DNA of 64,000 nucleotides, taken from contig OZ250150.1 of assembly GCA_965237675.1 (NCBI GenBank), forward strand, positions 3,072,001-3,136,000, given 5' to 3'. Numbering within the stretch: the stretch's first letter is position 1; each line of letters opens with the position of its first letter. The translations under genes were made by a program, and so were the position numbers. Shown in pieces: positions 7,410 through 17,855 of this stretch. Origin of the DNA: Candidatus Latescibacterota bacterium. Its GTDB lineage: Bacteria; Latescibacterota; UBA2968; GCA-2709665. The notes beneath the pieces are model-generated. The model was given only the letters and a program-made list of their open reading frames with translations, searched no databases and was not told the DNA's origin.

Positions 7410-10400
7410 TCAGGGCATCGTTAACCGCCAGACGTCGTTCACGACCGGCCACGTGTTCCCCGCGACAACCCAGAGGCTGTTCCGGAACACGTAGCAGGTG
7501 GATTCGTGGCGGGGTAAAAAGCGGGTGTCGGGCTTGAATTCGTGCCACTCCCTGCCGTCTTCGGTATACCAGACGTCCCCCAGGTTGACGTAGTTGGCGT
7601 TGTCGTACCCGCCGATGATCCAGAGTCTGCCCGCGTAGACTTTCGAAATAAACCACATCCGCGTCGACCAGGGGGCGCGTTCGAGTACGCGGGTCCAGTT
7701 GACGCCGTCCTCCGAGCACCAGACGTCGTTGAGGGTGGTGTAGTCGGGGTAGCCCTTTTCGGGCGGGTCGTTGCGCTGGACGATACGGCCACCCATCACC
7801 CAGAGCCTGTTGTCGTACGCAGCCACGGCGGCCGCGGACCGGTCTCCGTACGGAGCGTTGGCAGTAGCCCGCGTCCAGGCGATGCCGTCGCCGGTGTGCC
7901 AGACGTCGCTGCCGCTGCCAAGCTGCCACATCCGGTCCCGGTGGACCACCAGTTCGCCGTAGCCCCGTGAGCCGAAGGGGGTATCATCCAGTACGCGGGT
8001 CCAGTCAACGCCGTTTCGGGAGTTCCAGACGCTTCCCTTGACGGCCCAGATTCTGTCCTTGTAGGCCACCATTTCGCTATAGCCGTCGTAAGGCGTGGCT
8101 TCGCTCACGAGATGCCAACTGATGCCGTCGGATGAATTCCAGAGGTCCCTGGTGAGGATACCAGAGTGGTAGTAGGCGTTGCTGATCCAGAGTCTGTCCT
8201 GAAACACCACGTCTTCCGACGTGTCGCGCGGTGTGAACGGCGCGTTGTAAACCAGGTTGATCCAGTCGCCGGTTCGGTTGGCATTGACGTCGGACGTGTT
8301 GATGCGCAGGCTGGCAACGGTGGGGATCTCGACGCGCGCCCGGCCGGACCACGACCGCCCGGGAAAGAACAGGAGCCGTCCGCCTTCAGCGGTGATTTCA
8401 TACCCGGGGTCATCCTCCAGTTCCAGCAGGGCCCCGCCGGCTTCCGGGTGTTGTATACCTGTGATTTTGTGGCCGTACGTGAATCCGTCGCCGTCCCTGA
8501 CAATCGCGGTGAGGCCCACGAGGTCCACGCCGGTTGGAAGATCGGTATCGATGAGGAGTCCGTCGACGTCGTCTCCCGCGGCCTTGCGCCTGGTTTTCAG
8601 AACGGCGCCGGCACGCGTGCCCCGTCCGCCGAGGTTTCGTACGCCCTTTTCGAGCAGCGTGCCGCCGATGAGGACCATCTGTTCGACCTCGCCGTTTCGC
8701 TCCCTGACAAAGCCGACGCGGCCGCGGAAGGCAAGGTCTTCGATCCTGAGCGTGTGGTTTTCGTCTGACGTGGACAGGATGTAATCGGTGACGTCGCCGG
8801 AGACGATTTTGAGCGCGATATCCGTGCCTGTCCCGCCGTCCGGGTGGAGACGTTCCACGCTGCGAATCGCGGGCCGGTCGCCGTAGGGCTCCAGCACGGT
8901 GCTGAACAGGGTGGAGAGGTCTTCGCCGTCCCGGCGATGGACGAGCATCGGCATGGTGATCTCGTCGAGCCGGTCGTCGTCCTCATCCGCCCTGCGGACG
9001 GAGGGCGCCCGCGCGGTGAATAGCGTTCCATCCGGGTCTGTGAGGCTGTGTACGCGCACCGAGCCGGCGGGCTTCGCCTGGCTGGTGAAGCGTGCGGTCC
9101 ACGGCCGGGTGATTTCGGCGCGTTGCACCTCCCGGATGAACGCATACCCCAGGTTGTGTCCGCCGGCGTCGCCCTGGACGCTTTCGCCGGTGGGCAGGGT
9201 CACGTTCACGCCCGGCGGGATCAGGGTATCGCCGTGGTACGAGGTGGAAAGGTCGACGTCCACGGCGCCGTCGTGGTCCGCGTCGCCCGCCAGGATGTAT
9301 TCGTGGCGATTTCCGCCGGCAACCCTGAACAGATCGACGATATAGGTCTGGTCGGATGGCAGACCGATCTGGAGAATCAACCGCCGGTAGGTTGAGGTAA
9401 CGCCCGGATAGGCGCGGTCTCCCGAGGCTTCGATGGCCTGAAACGTGTCGTCGTGAGGGACGAAAAACAGGAGGTTGCCGTCCGAGGGAGCGTTTTCCGA
9501 GCCGAATGCCTGGTCTTTACCATCCACGGCAACCGTGTTGTGCGACAGGGTGGTGATGGTCCAGCACCGGTGGCGGGTGTGGGTGTATCCGATGTCGCTC
9601 AGGCGCTCCTGGCCGCGGGCGTAGAGGGTGAGGCTCAACAGATCCGCGTGCTGGTGGCCGTAACCGCCGGAAAAGTGGAGGTAAGTCTGGGTCTGGTCGA
9701 CGCCGTGCCCCCGGTCCAGGCGGGCGTGGCCCATGCCCGGAAGAAGCAGGGGACCCGACGTTTCCGGGGCGGGGCGTTGTTCCCGCGCCCAGGTGTCGTG
9801 GGTGGGAACGACACGTCCGTTGGGATAGCGGAGAAGCTCCGGGATGCCGCTGGCCTTTTCCAAAATGGGAAAACGGGCTTTCAGGTCCAGATTGTCGTAG
9901 CGTTCGCCGTCGACGGGGTGGACGTATCCGTCCGGATCGCTGTATCCATCCAGGCGTTCGATCACCTGTCGCAGGCCGCCGATGGTCTGATTGTGATAGG
10001 AGATGGCGCCTTCACGCCAGGTGCCGTCTACGAAGAAATTGGCGTCGACGAGTCTGGCGATACGGTCGACCGCGTCGTGGATGTAATCCGGTTCCTTCAG
10101 GACCCTCCCGGCCGCGATGAGGCCGCGCAGAAGCGTGGGATCCATGTTGCCGAGCGCCGGTGGGAAACCCCGTATAAAGGCCACGCTGGCGCGGAAAAAA
10201 TCGTCTTCGATGCGCAGGTTCATCGTCTCGTCCAGTTCCCCGCTTTCCCGGATGAGGTCATATGCGTAAATCAGGTTTTCCGGAATGTCCATGTATGCCC
10301 ACCAGTCCCACTTGGAGGCGCGGTAGTCCTGAACCGGATAGGGAAACCCCTGGTCGCCGGGGAAGATAATCTTCTGGCGGAAGGGCAGGTCGTGATGGAC

Positions 10401-10955
10401 GCAGTACCCCGGATACAATTCGGCGAAGCGATTCAGGATGAGGGCCGCGCGACGGGCGAAAGATGGGCCTCCAGTTGCGGAGTAGAGCACGCCCAGGTCG
10501 TGGGCGGCGGCCGCGAAATAGGCACGGGCCCGGTACCAGCCCTTGGCCCGGAAGAAATGCCGGTACCCGGTGCCATCCTCCCAGTAGGGATATTCCTGTG
10601 TCTGACCCACGGGATTGACCACCCGGAGGATCTCATCGTCCGGGAATTTCTCGTTCGGATACTTGAGACCGCAGAATTTGCAGAAGACACGGTCCGGGTC
10701 CTCGATTGTCCAGTCGATCTGGCCCTCCTGGGCTCCGCCGTCGCAGTTGGGACAGTCCACAAAGTAGATGCCCGCGCGTTCCGGAATGAGGCGCAGGATT
10801 TCGCTGTCGGATAACGAAAGAACCGGTTGGAGGTTTCCACGCAGCCGTTCCACGTCTCTGTCGTTGAGAGATGGAGGGAAGACCGGGCCGGCGCTGGCGG
10901 CGTTAGCCCGGAGCGACAGGAGGATCAGCACGGCGATAGCAGATAGTATGAGCAT
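7410..10955 (-). CDS. secreted heparinase II/III-family polysaccharide lyase fused to a C-terminal Kelch-like beta-propeller
   Basis: Signal peptide. Motifs GHQHADLLSLTLY, DIGY, HNTVAVDG. C-terminal repeats of DVWxSxDGxxW / APWxxR / xLWVxGG. Confidence 0.8.
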   Translation of the reverse strand: MLILSAIAVLILLSLRANAASAGPVFPPSLNDRDVERLRGNLQPVLSLSDSEILRLIPERAGIYFVDCPNCDGGAQEGQIDWTIEDPDRVFCKFCGLKYPNEKFPDDEILRVVNPVGQTQEYPYWEDGTGYRHFFRAKGWYRARAYFAAAAHDLGVLYSATGGPSFARRAALILNRFAELYPGYCVHHDLPFRQKIIFPGDQGFPYPVQDYRASKWDWWAYMDIPENLIYAYDLIRESGELDETMNLRIEDDFFRASVAFIRGFPPALGNMDPTLLRGLIAAGRVLKEPDYIHDAVDRIARLVDANFFVDGTWREGAISYHNQTIGGLRQVIERLDGYSDPDGYVHPVDGERYDNLDLKARFPILEKASGIPELLRYPNGRVVPTHDTWAREQRPAPETSGPLLLPGMGHARLDRGHGVDQTQTYLHFSGGYGHQHADLLSLTLYARGQERLSDIGYTHTRHRCWTITTLSHNTVAVDGKDQAFGSENAPSDGNLLFFVPHDDTFQAIEASGDRAYPGVTSTYRRLILQIGLPSDQTYIVDLFRVAGGNRHEYILAGDADHDGAVDVDLSTSYHGDTLIPPGVNVTLPTGESVQGDAGGHNLGYAFIREVQRAEITRPWTARFTSQAKPAGSVRVHSLTDPDGTLFTARAPSVRRADEDDDRLDEITMPMLVHRRDGEDLSTLFSTVLEPYGDRPAIRSVERLHPDGGTGTDIALKIVSGDVTDYILSTSDENHTLRIEDLAFRGRVGFVRERNGEVEQMVLIGGTLLEKGVRNLGGRGTRAGAVLKTRRKAAGDDVDGLLIDTDLPTGVDLVGLTAIVRDGDGFTYGHKITGIQHPEAGGALLELEDDPGYEITAEGGRLLFFPGRSWSGRARVEIPTVASLRINTSDVNANRTGDWINLVYNAPFTPRDTSEDVVFQDRLWISNAYYHSGILTRDLWNSSDGISWHLVSEATPYDGYSEMVAYKDRIWAVKGSVWNSRNGVDWTRVLDDTPFGSRGYGELVVHRDRMWQLGSGSDVWHTGDGIAWTRATANAPYGDRSAAAVAAYDNRLWVMGGRIVQRNDPPEKGYPDYTTLNDVWCSEDGVNWTRVLERAPWSTRMWFISKVYAGRLWIIGGYDNANYVNLGDVWYTEDGREWHEFKPDTRFLPRHESTCYVFRNSLWVVAGNTWPVVNDVWRLTMP

Positions 10956-11025
10956 GGCGAATCATCCTTTCGTTGAAAACCCTTCCACGAATCCTTCAAC
11001 GCGCCGGCGACGGCCGCCCGGCGGG

Positions 11026-12582
11026 TCAGTTGCCTCGGCGCAAGACGCGGCCGGGGAGCGCCCCGGTGATGGCGCCGTCCTCAACGGCCGGTTCTCCGTT
11101 GACCAGTACACATTGGATACCCACGGGGCCCCCTCTGGGATTGTCGAATGTGGCGGTCGCGTTTACGGTCCGCGGATCGAAGATGACGATGTCGGCGGCT
11201 TTGCCGGCGGCGATCTCGCCCCGGTCGGCAAGGCCGAAACGCCGTGCCGGAAAACCGCTCATCTTATAGATGGCTTCCGCGAGTGAAACCAGTTCTTTTT
11301 CCCGGACAAAGACGCCGGGTACGCGGGCGAAACACCCGAATCCCCTGGGGTGGGGATGGCGCACGTTGTAGATGCCGTCGCTTGCGAGCATCATTCGCGG
11401 GTGTGTGACGGTGTTTCTAATCGTTTTTTCGATGGTTTCAGGTGCGTCCTGCCACGGGAAAATGTAGGTGGACAGGCCGTCTTCTTCGAGGATGAGATTG
11501 TAGGCGAAGTCCTCGGGAGGAACGCCGGACCGGGCGGCCAGGTCCGAAAGCGTGGCGCCGACATAGCGCCCTGAACGGGTGTGGCCGACCACCTGGTTGC
11601 AGGCGCCCAGCCAACCGCGGAGATGGGGCAGGATCCGTTCCTTCACCACGGGGTCCGCAAGGTGTTCCAGTACGTCGGACGGGGCGCCGATCTGGTCTTC
11701 GACGGGTAGCATGATGGTCATGTGCGACATACCGGCAGGGTAGAGGTAAGACTCAAAGCTGAGGTCGATGTCCTCCCGATCGGCAAGTTCCAGAAGCTCG
11801 GCGCCGTCCCGGTCCACCCGTTCGTGGGAGATGTGAACAGGAATGCCGGATCGGCGGGAGATCTCGAAGGTTTCCTTCCAGGCCTCCTGCCGGCCGAGAA
11901 TGTGGTTGCGGATGTGCGCGGCGTAGATGCCCCCGCAGGAGGCGGCCACTTTGCACAGTTCGACCAGTTCCCGCAGGTCTGAACTGGCGCTCGGCTGGTA
12001 GTCGAGACCCAGGCAGAGGCAGCCGGCGCCGGCTTCCATCCACTGCCGAACCCGGTCGGCCATGGCGTCGATCTGGGCATCGGTGGCAGGACCCGACGAC
12101 CAGCCGCAGACGTTGAGGCGCACGGCGCAGTGGGGTACCTGCGGGTAGACGTTGCAGGGGCTGTTGCCTGGAAAGAGATTCAGATAGTCCTCAATGGTTT
12201 CCCACGTGGGATCCAGGTCCGCCGCACCCGCGGCGAATCGGGTGTATTCCCACATCTCCCGGCGCAAATCCGGAGGCAACGGGGCCCAACCGAATCCGTC
12301 CGGCGCAAGAAGCTGGGTGGTGATGCCCTGTGCGACGCCTGCGAATCGGTCGCTTCCCTTCAGCAGGGCAGGTTCGCAGTGCACGTGAACGTCGATGAAC
12401 CCGGGGCTGACCACGTGCCCACGGGCATCGATCTCCCTCTCCGCGCGGGTATCCACCAGATTACCCACGGCGGCGATTCGGTCTCCCGATAAGGCAACGT
12501 CCGCGGGAAAGGGCTCCCTTTCGCCGGTGCCGTCAACCACGAGGCCGTTGCGGATGAGGGTATCGAAAGTCATTGGATCCAC
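11026..12582 (-). CDS. N-acyl-D-amino-acid deacylase family amidohydrolase
   Basis: Motifs PGFIDVHVH, YAAHIR, HISH, MLASDG, HPHPRGFGCFAR, GKAADIVIFDP. Confidence 0.88.
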   Translation of the reverse strand: MDPMTFDTLIRNGLVVDGTGEREPFPADVALSGDRIAAVGNLVDTRAEREIDARGHVVSPGFIDVHVHCEPALLKGSDRFAGVAQGITTQLLAPDGFGWAPLPPDLRREMWEYTRFAAGAADLDPTWETIEDYLNLFPGNSPCNVYPQVPHCAVRLNVCGWSSGPATDAQIDAMADRVRQWMEAGAGCLCLGLDYQPSASSDLRELVELCKVAASCGGIYAAHIRNHILGRQEAWKETFEISRRSGIPVHISHERVDRDGAELLELADREDIDLSFESYLYPAGMSHMTIMLPVEDQIGAPSDVLEHLADPVVKERILPHLRGWLGACNQVVGHTRSGRYVGATLSDLAARSGVPPEDFAYNLILEEDGLSTYIFPWQDAPETIEKTIRNTVTHPRMMLASDGIYNVRHPHPRGFGCFARVPGVFVREKELVSLAEAIYKMSGFPARRFGLADRGEIAAGKAADIVIFDPRTVNATATFDNPRGGPVGIQCVLVNGEPAVEDGAITGALPGRVLRRGN

Positions 12583-12693
12583 TTTCCGGTTTTCAACATG
12601 CCGGTTACTGTATTTTATACGGTCAGCTGAGGAAACGAACGGGAACGAAGATACGCATGTTTTTACTGCAACGCATCGGAATTGTGTAAGCGG

Positions 12694-14670
12694 TTACCAG
12701 TCGTTCAGTTTGTGCCCGTCTCCGTTGAACCAGATGACGTCCGCGACGACGCCCAGGCCCACGCCGACGAGATATCCCATAAACATGCCCAGAAAAAGGG
12801 GAGCCATTCGCCTGTAACTGTTGAGGCCGCCGAATCTCATGATCAGGGCCTTGGTGAGCCAGGCGATAAAAATGGAGGTGACGCTGCTCCTGAGCACGTT
12901 GGAGGCGGAAATGGTGAACCCGATGGGGTGGACCGGAAATCCGGGAAAGCGGTATCGCAGGTAGACAAGGAGGCCGGTGAAGGCGGCGCCAATGCCGAAG
13001 AATCCGATGCGGTCCCAGCTTGCGCCCGCCGTTCCCTGCTGGATGCGGGCGGTGGTATAGTGCCAGATGCCCACGGCCCCGTCGCCGGAGCCGTTGAAGC
13101 TGACCACACCGAAATTGTAACTGCCCGCGCCGTAATAACCCTGGTAGAGAATAAAGGCGATCACGGAAAGGGCGCCGCAGAAAGCGCCCAGGAGTACGCC
13201 GGGCGCCAGCATGCGTCGACGTTCGGGTCGCATGGCCATCCCCAGGCGCGGGATATGGGCGAGGGCGGTGATAGCCCAGGTCTTGGCGTCGCAGAAGAAG
13301 GTGTACGTGAGCCCCAGGGCAACCGCGCTGTGAGGCCCCATCCCCGATATGCCGAAGAGGTGCCAGGTGAATGCCTGTGCCGTGATGGGGCCGCGCAGAT
13401 AGACGAGGCCGCTCTCAACGATAATGCGGGCGAGGCCGAGATAGAGAACGAGGGTGGCGAACCAGAAGGCGAGCAGGGGGCCGGCGGCCATCCCTGCGCG
13501 GAATAGCCAGACGAGGAGATAGACGCAGCCGGCCAGGAGCAGATAAACGGCGGCACGGTATGAGATGAGTTCCTTCGAATCGTCGATGGAGTCGACCGCG
13601 CCCCGGCGTTGATCGCTCGCCGAGCCTGTAAAGGCTTTCTTGAATACGGCGGCCAGGTGGCTTCGGGCAACCCAGAGGCCCCAGCCCACAAACACAGTCA
13701 GACCACCGAAGCTCTGCCAGCCGATGGCGGGGTCGAACGAGCACCACATGTCTGAACTGCCGATGCTGAAGCCCGTGCGATTGAAGACGCCGACCTGCAG
13801 GATTGCCAGAAGGTGGAAGAGCCAGATGCTGAACAGGACGCTGGATTCGGTGAAGTAAGCGAAGGCGATCGTCATCGGATGAACGGAAAAGGCAAAGTAG
13901 GGAAAGCCCTGGCCGATGCGGATGACCTTACGGCTCAGGACGGTCATGGGCACATCCAGGATGGGTATGGCCCTGACGAACCAGGTGGCGATGTTCCAGC
14001 AGAAGATGGTCACGATCAACCAGAATCCGAATCGGAACAGGCGGGACCTGATCAGCGTGGACAGGCTGCTTCTCGCGCCTGAAGCGCCCGTAAGTTCCAG
14101 TACGGCGGTGGCGATCGGGTACGTCAGGCGTTCGTTGTCCATCCACTGTTTCCGGAGGATAACCACCAGGCAGAAGCTGACGGTGAGCACGGATCCGAGA
14201 AATCCGGCCCACCAGAAGAGCGGGGGCGTCCAGGCGGCCCAGGGAAATTTCTGGCCCTTGAACAGACTCTCGTAAAAGCCGGTGGTGGCCGCCGGGTCAG
14301 CGACAATGGCCCAGGGCGGGACCCTCGCGAGCAGGTGGTCTGCCCATTGATTCTCGGGGCTCGCGAAATAGGTGGGCGCCGTAACCACACCCAGGAGATA
14401 TCCCGAGAGCCATTCTCCCTGCATGGTCGCGGAGACCATTCCGATACAGCAGATGGCCAGCAACTCCGAGGCTGACAGGCCACGACCGCGCCGATATAGC
14501 GGCAGATTCAGTCCGAGCAGGCAAATGAACGGAATGAGCAGGGCCACCGACAGGTGCGCGTAGTCGGCCCTCGAAGAATGCGCGATGAGGCTGGAGTAGG
14601 TGGGCCAGAGGTTGACCCAGACGGCCATCGCCAAGCCAACGAGGAGTGCGCGCAGCGTCATGATGTCCAC
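12694..14670 (-). CDS. polytopic membrane protein (DUF6785/DUF6784-like, possible transporter)
   Basis: Many transmembrane segments. Motifs ASPENQW, ILRKQWMDNERLTYPI, RIIVESGL, FPVHPIGF, PLFLGMFMG. Confidence 0.65.
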   Translation of the reverse strand: MDIMTLRALLVGLAMAVWVNLWPTYSSLIAHSSRADYAHLSVALLIPFICLLGLNLPLYRRGRGLSASELLAICCIGMVSATMQGEWLSGYLLGVVTAPTYFASPENQWADHLLARVPPWAIVADPAATTGFYESLFKGQKFPWAAWTPPLFWWAGFLGSVLTVSFCLVVILRKQWMDNERLTYPIATAVLELTGASGARSSLSTLIRSRLFRFGFWLIVTIFCWNIATWFVRAIPILDVPMTVLSRKVIRIGQGFPYFAFSVHPMTIAFAYFTESSVLFSIWLFHLLAILQVGVFNRTGFSIGSSDMWCSFDPAIGWQSFGGLTVFVGWGLWVARSHLAAVFKKAFTGSASDQRRGAVDSIDDSKELISYRAAVYLLLAGCVYLLVWLFRAGMAAGPLLAFWFATLVLYLGLARIIVESGLVYLRGPITAQAFTWHLFGISGMGPHSAVALGLTYTFFCDAKTWAITALAHIPRLGMAMRPERRRMLAPGVLLGAFCGALSVIAFILYQGYYGAGSYNFGVVSFNGSGDGAVGIWHYTTARIQQGTAGASWDRIGFFGIGAAFTGLLVYLRYRFPGFPVHPIGFTISASNVLRSSVTSIFIAWLTKALIMRFGGLNSYRRMAPLFLGMFMGYLVGVGLGVVADVIWFNGDGHKLNDW

Positions 14671-14754
14671 CGTCGGGATTCGGAGACGGGTTACGGGCGG
14701 TCCTGAAGACGCGGTTAAAACGCTCCTGAAAGGTGTCTGGACGCGGGGATGGGG

Positions 14755-15807
14755 CTACAGGTTTCCCGATACGGCGATTTTGACGGCGTCCTTTCCGTCC
14801 AGCCGGTAGCTCCCCGCCAGGGCATTGAAGCCTTCGGGCACGCGGTCCAGCGAGACGGTGTGGCTGACCATATCGGCAAATGGGAATTCGTTTTTTTCCA
14901 GGATGGGCAGACCGCGCACAAAGTGTTCGGGTGTACTGGCCCAGACGGCTTCAAAACGCAGGTTCTTTCGCATGAACATACGATTCGGGTTGCATTCGAA
15001 AGATCCGACATCGACGAAATGGCCCATTTCGACGTAGGTGCCGTTCTGGCGAAGGTAATCCAGGCCCTCGGGTATGGCGGGCAGAAAGCCCGCGCATTCA
15101 AAGACGACGTCGGCACCGACTCCCCTGGGGGTGCTGTCTCGAACCCTTCTTTTTCGTTCTTCCGGTTCCGGGACTTCGGCGATGTCGACGGTGACGTCGG
15201 CGCCGATTTCTCGGGCGAGGTCCAGACGTCCGGGTGGGCCTCCAACCATGATCAGGCGGCCGGCTCCGCTGACTTTCGCACAAATAAGCGTGACAAGGCC
15301 GATGGCGCCGGAACCCTGAACGACGACAGTGTCTCCGAATTGAATCCCGGCCCGCATGACGCCGTGTACGCCGATCGTAAAGGGCTCGAGCAGAACGGCA
15401 ACCTCTGCCGGCAGATCGGTCTTGAAGAATACGGTCTCCGGATCCCAGAGATAGATGTACTCGGCAAAGCCACCGCGCAGATAGGGCTCTTCGCCGGCCG
15501 GGATGAAACCGTAGGCGCCGTGCGGGGTGCCGGGCACGAGGGCGATCCGGTCACCTGCTCTGAGCGGGCGTCCCAGGTGGTCATGGGTCACGCCGGCGCC
15601 CAGTTTGTCGATAATCCCCACGTTCTCGTGGCCCAGGATGACCTCGTCTTCCATTCTCTGATATTCCCAGTTGTGCAGGTCGGTGCCGCAAATGCCGGCC
15701 AGTTCCTGTCTCAACAGGACCGTTCCGGGTGCCGGTTCCGGAACGGGGTACTCCCGGATTTCAAATCGTTCGCCGACCATGACCGAGGCACGACCGGTTC
15801 GGGACAT
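14755..15807 (-). CDS. zinc-binding (MDR) dehydrogenase
   Basis: Motifs ICGTDLH, ILGHE, GSGAIGL, DVVFECAG. The four-Cys structural zinc lobe is absent. Confidence 0.88.
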   Translation of the reverse strand: MSRTGRASVMVGERFEIREYPVPEPAPGTVLLRQELAGICGTDLHNWEYQRMEDEVILGHENVGIIDKLGAGVTHDHLGRPLRAGDRIALVPGTPHGAYGFIPAGEEPYLRGGFAEYIYLWDPETVFFKTDLPAEVAVLLEPFTIGVHGVMRAGIQFGDTVVVQGSGAIGLVTLICAKVSGAGRLIMVGGPPGRLDLAREIGADVTVDIAEVPEPEERKRRVRDSTPRGVGADVVFECAGFLPAIPEGLDYLRQNGTYVEMGHFVDVGSFECNPNRMFMRKNLRFEAVWASTPEHFVRGLPILEKNEFPFADMVSHTVSLDRVPEGFNALAGSYRLDGKDAVKIAVSGNL

Positions 15808-15845
15808 AAGAAATTTCCTCCCTCCGGAATATTCTGGTGGATGCG

Positions 15846-16646
15846 TCAGGAATGCGGGTAAAATCGAAGTTGCGGGATGTTTCCGATCCAGCCCATTTCG
15901 AAGGCGTACCTGTAAAAACGGTTCAGGCCCTCCTGTTCGACCCCGCCAAAGTCGTAACGGATCTTATTGCCGAGGTAGTCGGCGTAGAACCCGGTCGTAC
16001 GGGGGTGCGCCGATGCATAAGTCGCCGCAATAAGGGGGATCTCCCGGATGCCCAGGGCTTTGGCCTGGATCAATTGCCGGGTCTGACTTGGATTCAGCGC
16101 GTCGTGCCGCCCCGTCCAGCAGGCGTAGACGAATGGAAGCCCGGTGAGGACCGTCCAGGCTTCACCCAGGTCCAACACCCGGTAGCGCCTCGTATCCAGG
16201 GCCAGCGCCGCATCTCCGATGATGACGGCGGCATCGGCGCGCTCGAGCATGCGGTCGGCGTCCGGGGGATGGTGGAAGATTTCGGGTGTGCATCGGTATT
16301 GTTTTCGCAACACCAGCCGGCTGAGGATGGTGGAGGTCCTGGAGTTGACGTCCAGGGCGAGTGTCCGGATATCGGCCGGGTCTTTTCGGTACAAAAGCAG
16401 AACGCTGCCGACGGTACCCCTGGAAGAGATGCTGACTTCGGGAACGATGCAGTATGGATCGGGGCCGCGGGCGATTTCGATGGAGGGGATGAGGGCCACG
16501 TCGGTTTCACGGTTGTGAAGGCGTTCCGCGCAGCGGGATGGTACGTCGTAGGTGAATGCGAAGCGGTGTCCGATTCGACCGGTTTCCAGTGCGTGTACCA
16601 GAGGATGGGTGTTCAGGAATGAAACGACACCGAGTCGGGTTACCAT
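15846..16646 (-). CDS. mqnA: chorismate dehydratase
   Basis: Motifs LGVVSFLNTHPL, PSRCAERL, VGSVLL, SRTS, IIGDAAL, DLGEAW..LTGLPFVYA. Adjacent to mqnC and mqnE. Confidence 0.92.
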   Translation of the reverse strand: MVTRLGVVSFLNTHPLVHALETGRIGHRFAFTYDVPSRCAERLHNRETDVALIPSIEIARGPDPYCIVPEVSISSRGTVGSVLLLYRKDPADIRTLALDVNSRTSTILSRLVLRKQYRCTPEIFHHPPDADRMLERADAAVIIGDAALALDTRRYRVLDLGEAWTVLTGLPFVYACWTGRHDALNPSQTRQLIQAKALGIREIPLIAATYASAHPRTTGFYADYLGNKIRYDFGGVEQEGLNRFYRYAFEMGWIGNIPQLRFYPHS

Positions 16647-16657
16647 TCTCGGGGCTT

Positions 16658-17758
16658 TCAGTTCACAATCTCGTACCGGGTGTTGCGTCTCGCCGGCCTG
16701 TATCCGGCGCCCCGGATGAGGCGTAACATGGTCGGTAGATTCATGTCGTCGGTGTGGTTGGTACCGGCGGCGGAGACGACATTTTCTTCCATCATGGTGC
16801 TACCGAAGTCGTTGACGCCGTATTTGAGACCGACCTGGGCGATTTTGGGGCCCTGTGTCACCCACGAGGCCTGAAAACTTGGAATATTGTCCAGGAAAAT
16901 CCGGGAGACGGCAATGGTGCGCAGGTAGTCGTAGCCAGTGGCTATCTTCCCGGCCCAACGGGCGTTGTCGGCGGCCAGATCGGTGTCGTCCGGCTGAAAA
17001 TTCCACGCAATGAAGGCGGTCAGGCCGCCGGTGTCGTCCTGGAGGTCCCGGATGTGTTTCAGGTGTTCGAGCCGCTGTTCGACGGTTTCGACGTGTCCGT
17101 ACATCATAGTGGCGGTGGTGTGCATGCCCAGTTCGTGCGCGGCGCGATGTACCGCCAGCCATTCGTCCACACGGTCCTTGCGGAAGCCGATAATGTCGCG
17201 AACCTCGTCCGAGAGGATCTCGGCGCCGGCGCCGGGAATGGAATCCAGTCCGGCGTCCCGCAGGCGGCGGATACAGGCCGGGATGGACAGACGCGAGATA
17301 TGCGCGATATAGATGATTTCGGTGGCAGAGAGGCAGTGCTGGTGGACGGACGGGTAGCGTTCCCGAATACTGGAGAACAGATCTTCATAATAGTCGATGC
17401 GCAGCTTGGGATTCAGGCCGCCCTGCATGAGGATTTCGTTTGATTTGGGCGTACGCCCCCCTGCAGCGACCAATTCATCGATTTTCCGGAAGATCTCGTC
17501 CCGGGGCAGGACGTACCCTTCGGTCGACCCGGGAGGGCGGTAGAACGCACAGAAATCGCAGCGCACCCAGCACACGTTTGTGTAATTGATGTTGCGGCCG
17601 ATGTTGTAGGTCACCACGTCTTCCGGCCACTTGCGCCTGCGCACGGCGTCCGCGAGCATGCCCAGTTCCGTGACGTTGGGATGGGCCATAAGCCGGCGGG
17701 CATCGTCTACCGAGATACGCTTTTGTGCGTCGATTTTTTCGGCAATATCATCGATCAT
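16658..17758 (-). CDS. mqnC: cyclic dehypoxanthinyl futalosine synthase (radical SAM)
   Basis: Motifs RNINYTNVCWVRCDFCAF, LMQGGLNP, SIPGAGAEIL, NDFGSTMMEENVV. Start placed at MIDD after GGAG. Confidence 0.9.
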   Translation of the reverse strand: MIDDIAEKIDAQKRISVDDARRLMAHPNVTELGMLADAVRRRKWPEDVVTYNIGRNINYTNVCWVRCDFCAFYRPPGSTEGYVLPRDEIFRKIDELVAAGGRTPKSNEILMQGGLNPKLRIDYYEDLFSSIRERYPSVHQHCLSATEIIYIAHISRLSIPACIRRLRDAGLDSIPGAGAEILSDEVRDIIGFRKDRVDEWLAVHRAAHELGMHTTATMMYGHVETVEQRLEHLKHIRDLQDDTGGLTAFIAWNFQPDDTDLAADNARWAGKIATGYDYLRTIAVSRIFLDNIPSFQASWVTQGPKIAQVGLKYGVNDFGSTMMEENVVSAAGTNHTDDMNLPTMLRLIRGAGYRPARRNTRYEIVN

Positions 17759-17855
17759 CGGTGAGTTCTCCAATCCGTATGTTTCTTGGCGGCTTTCTCG
17801 AATTGGCAATGCCTCGGAACGGGTGCGAGGTGGGTAGCGCGGCCGTCAGCCCGCT

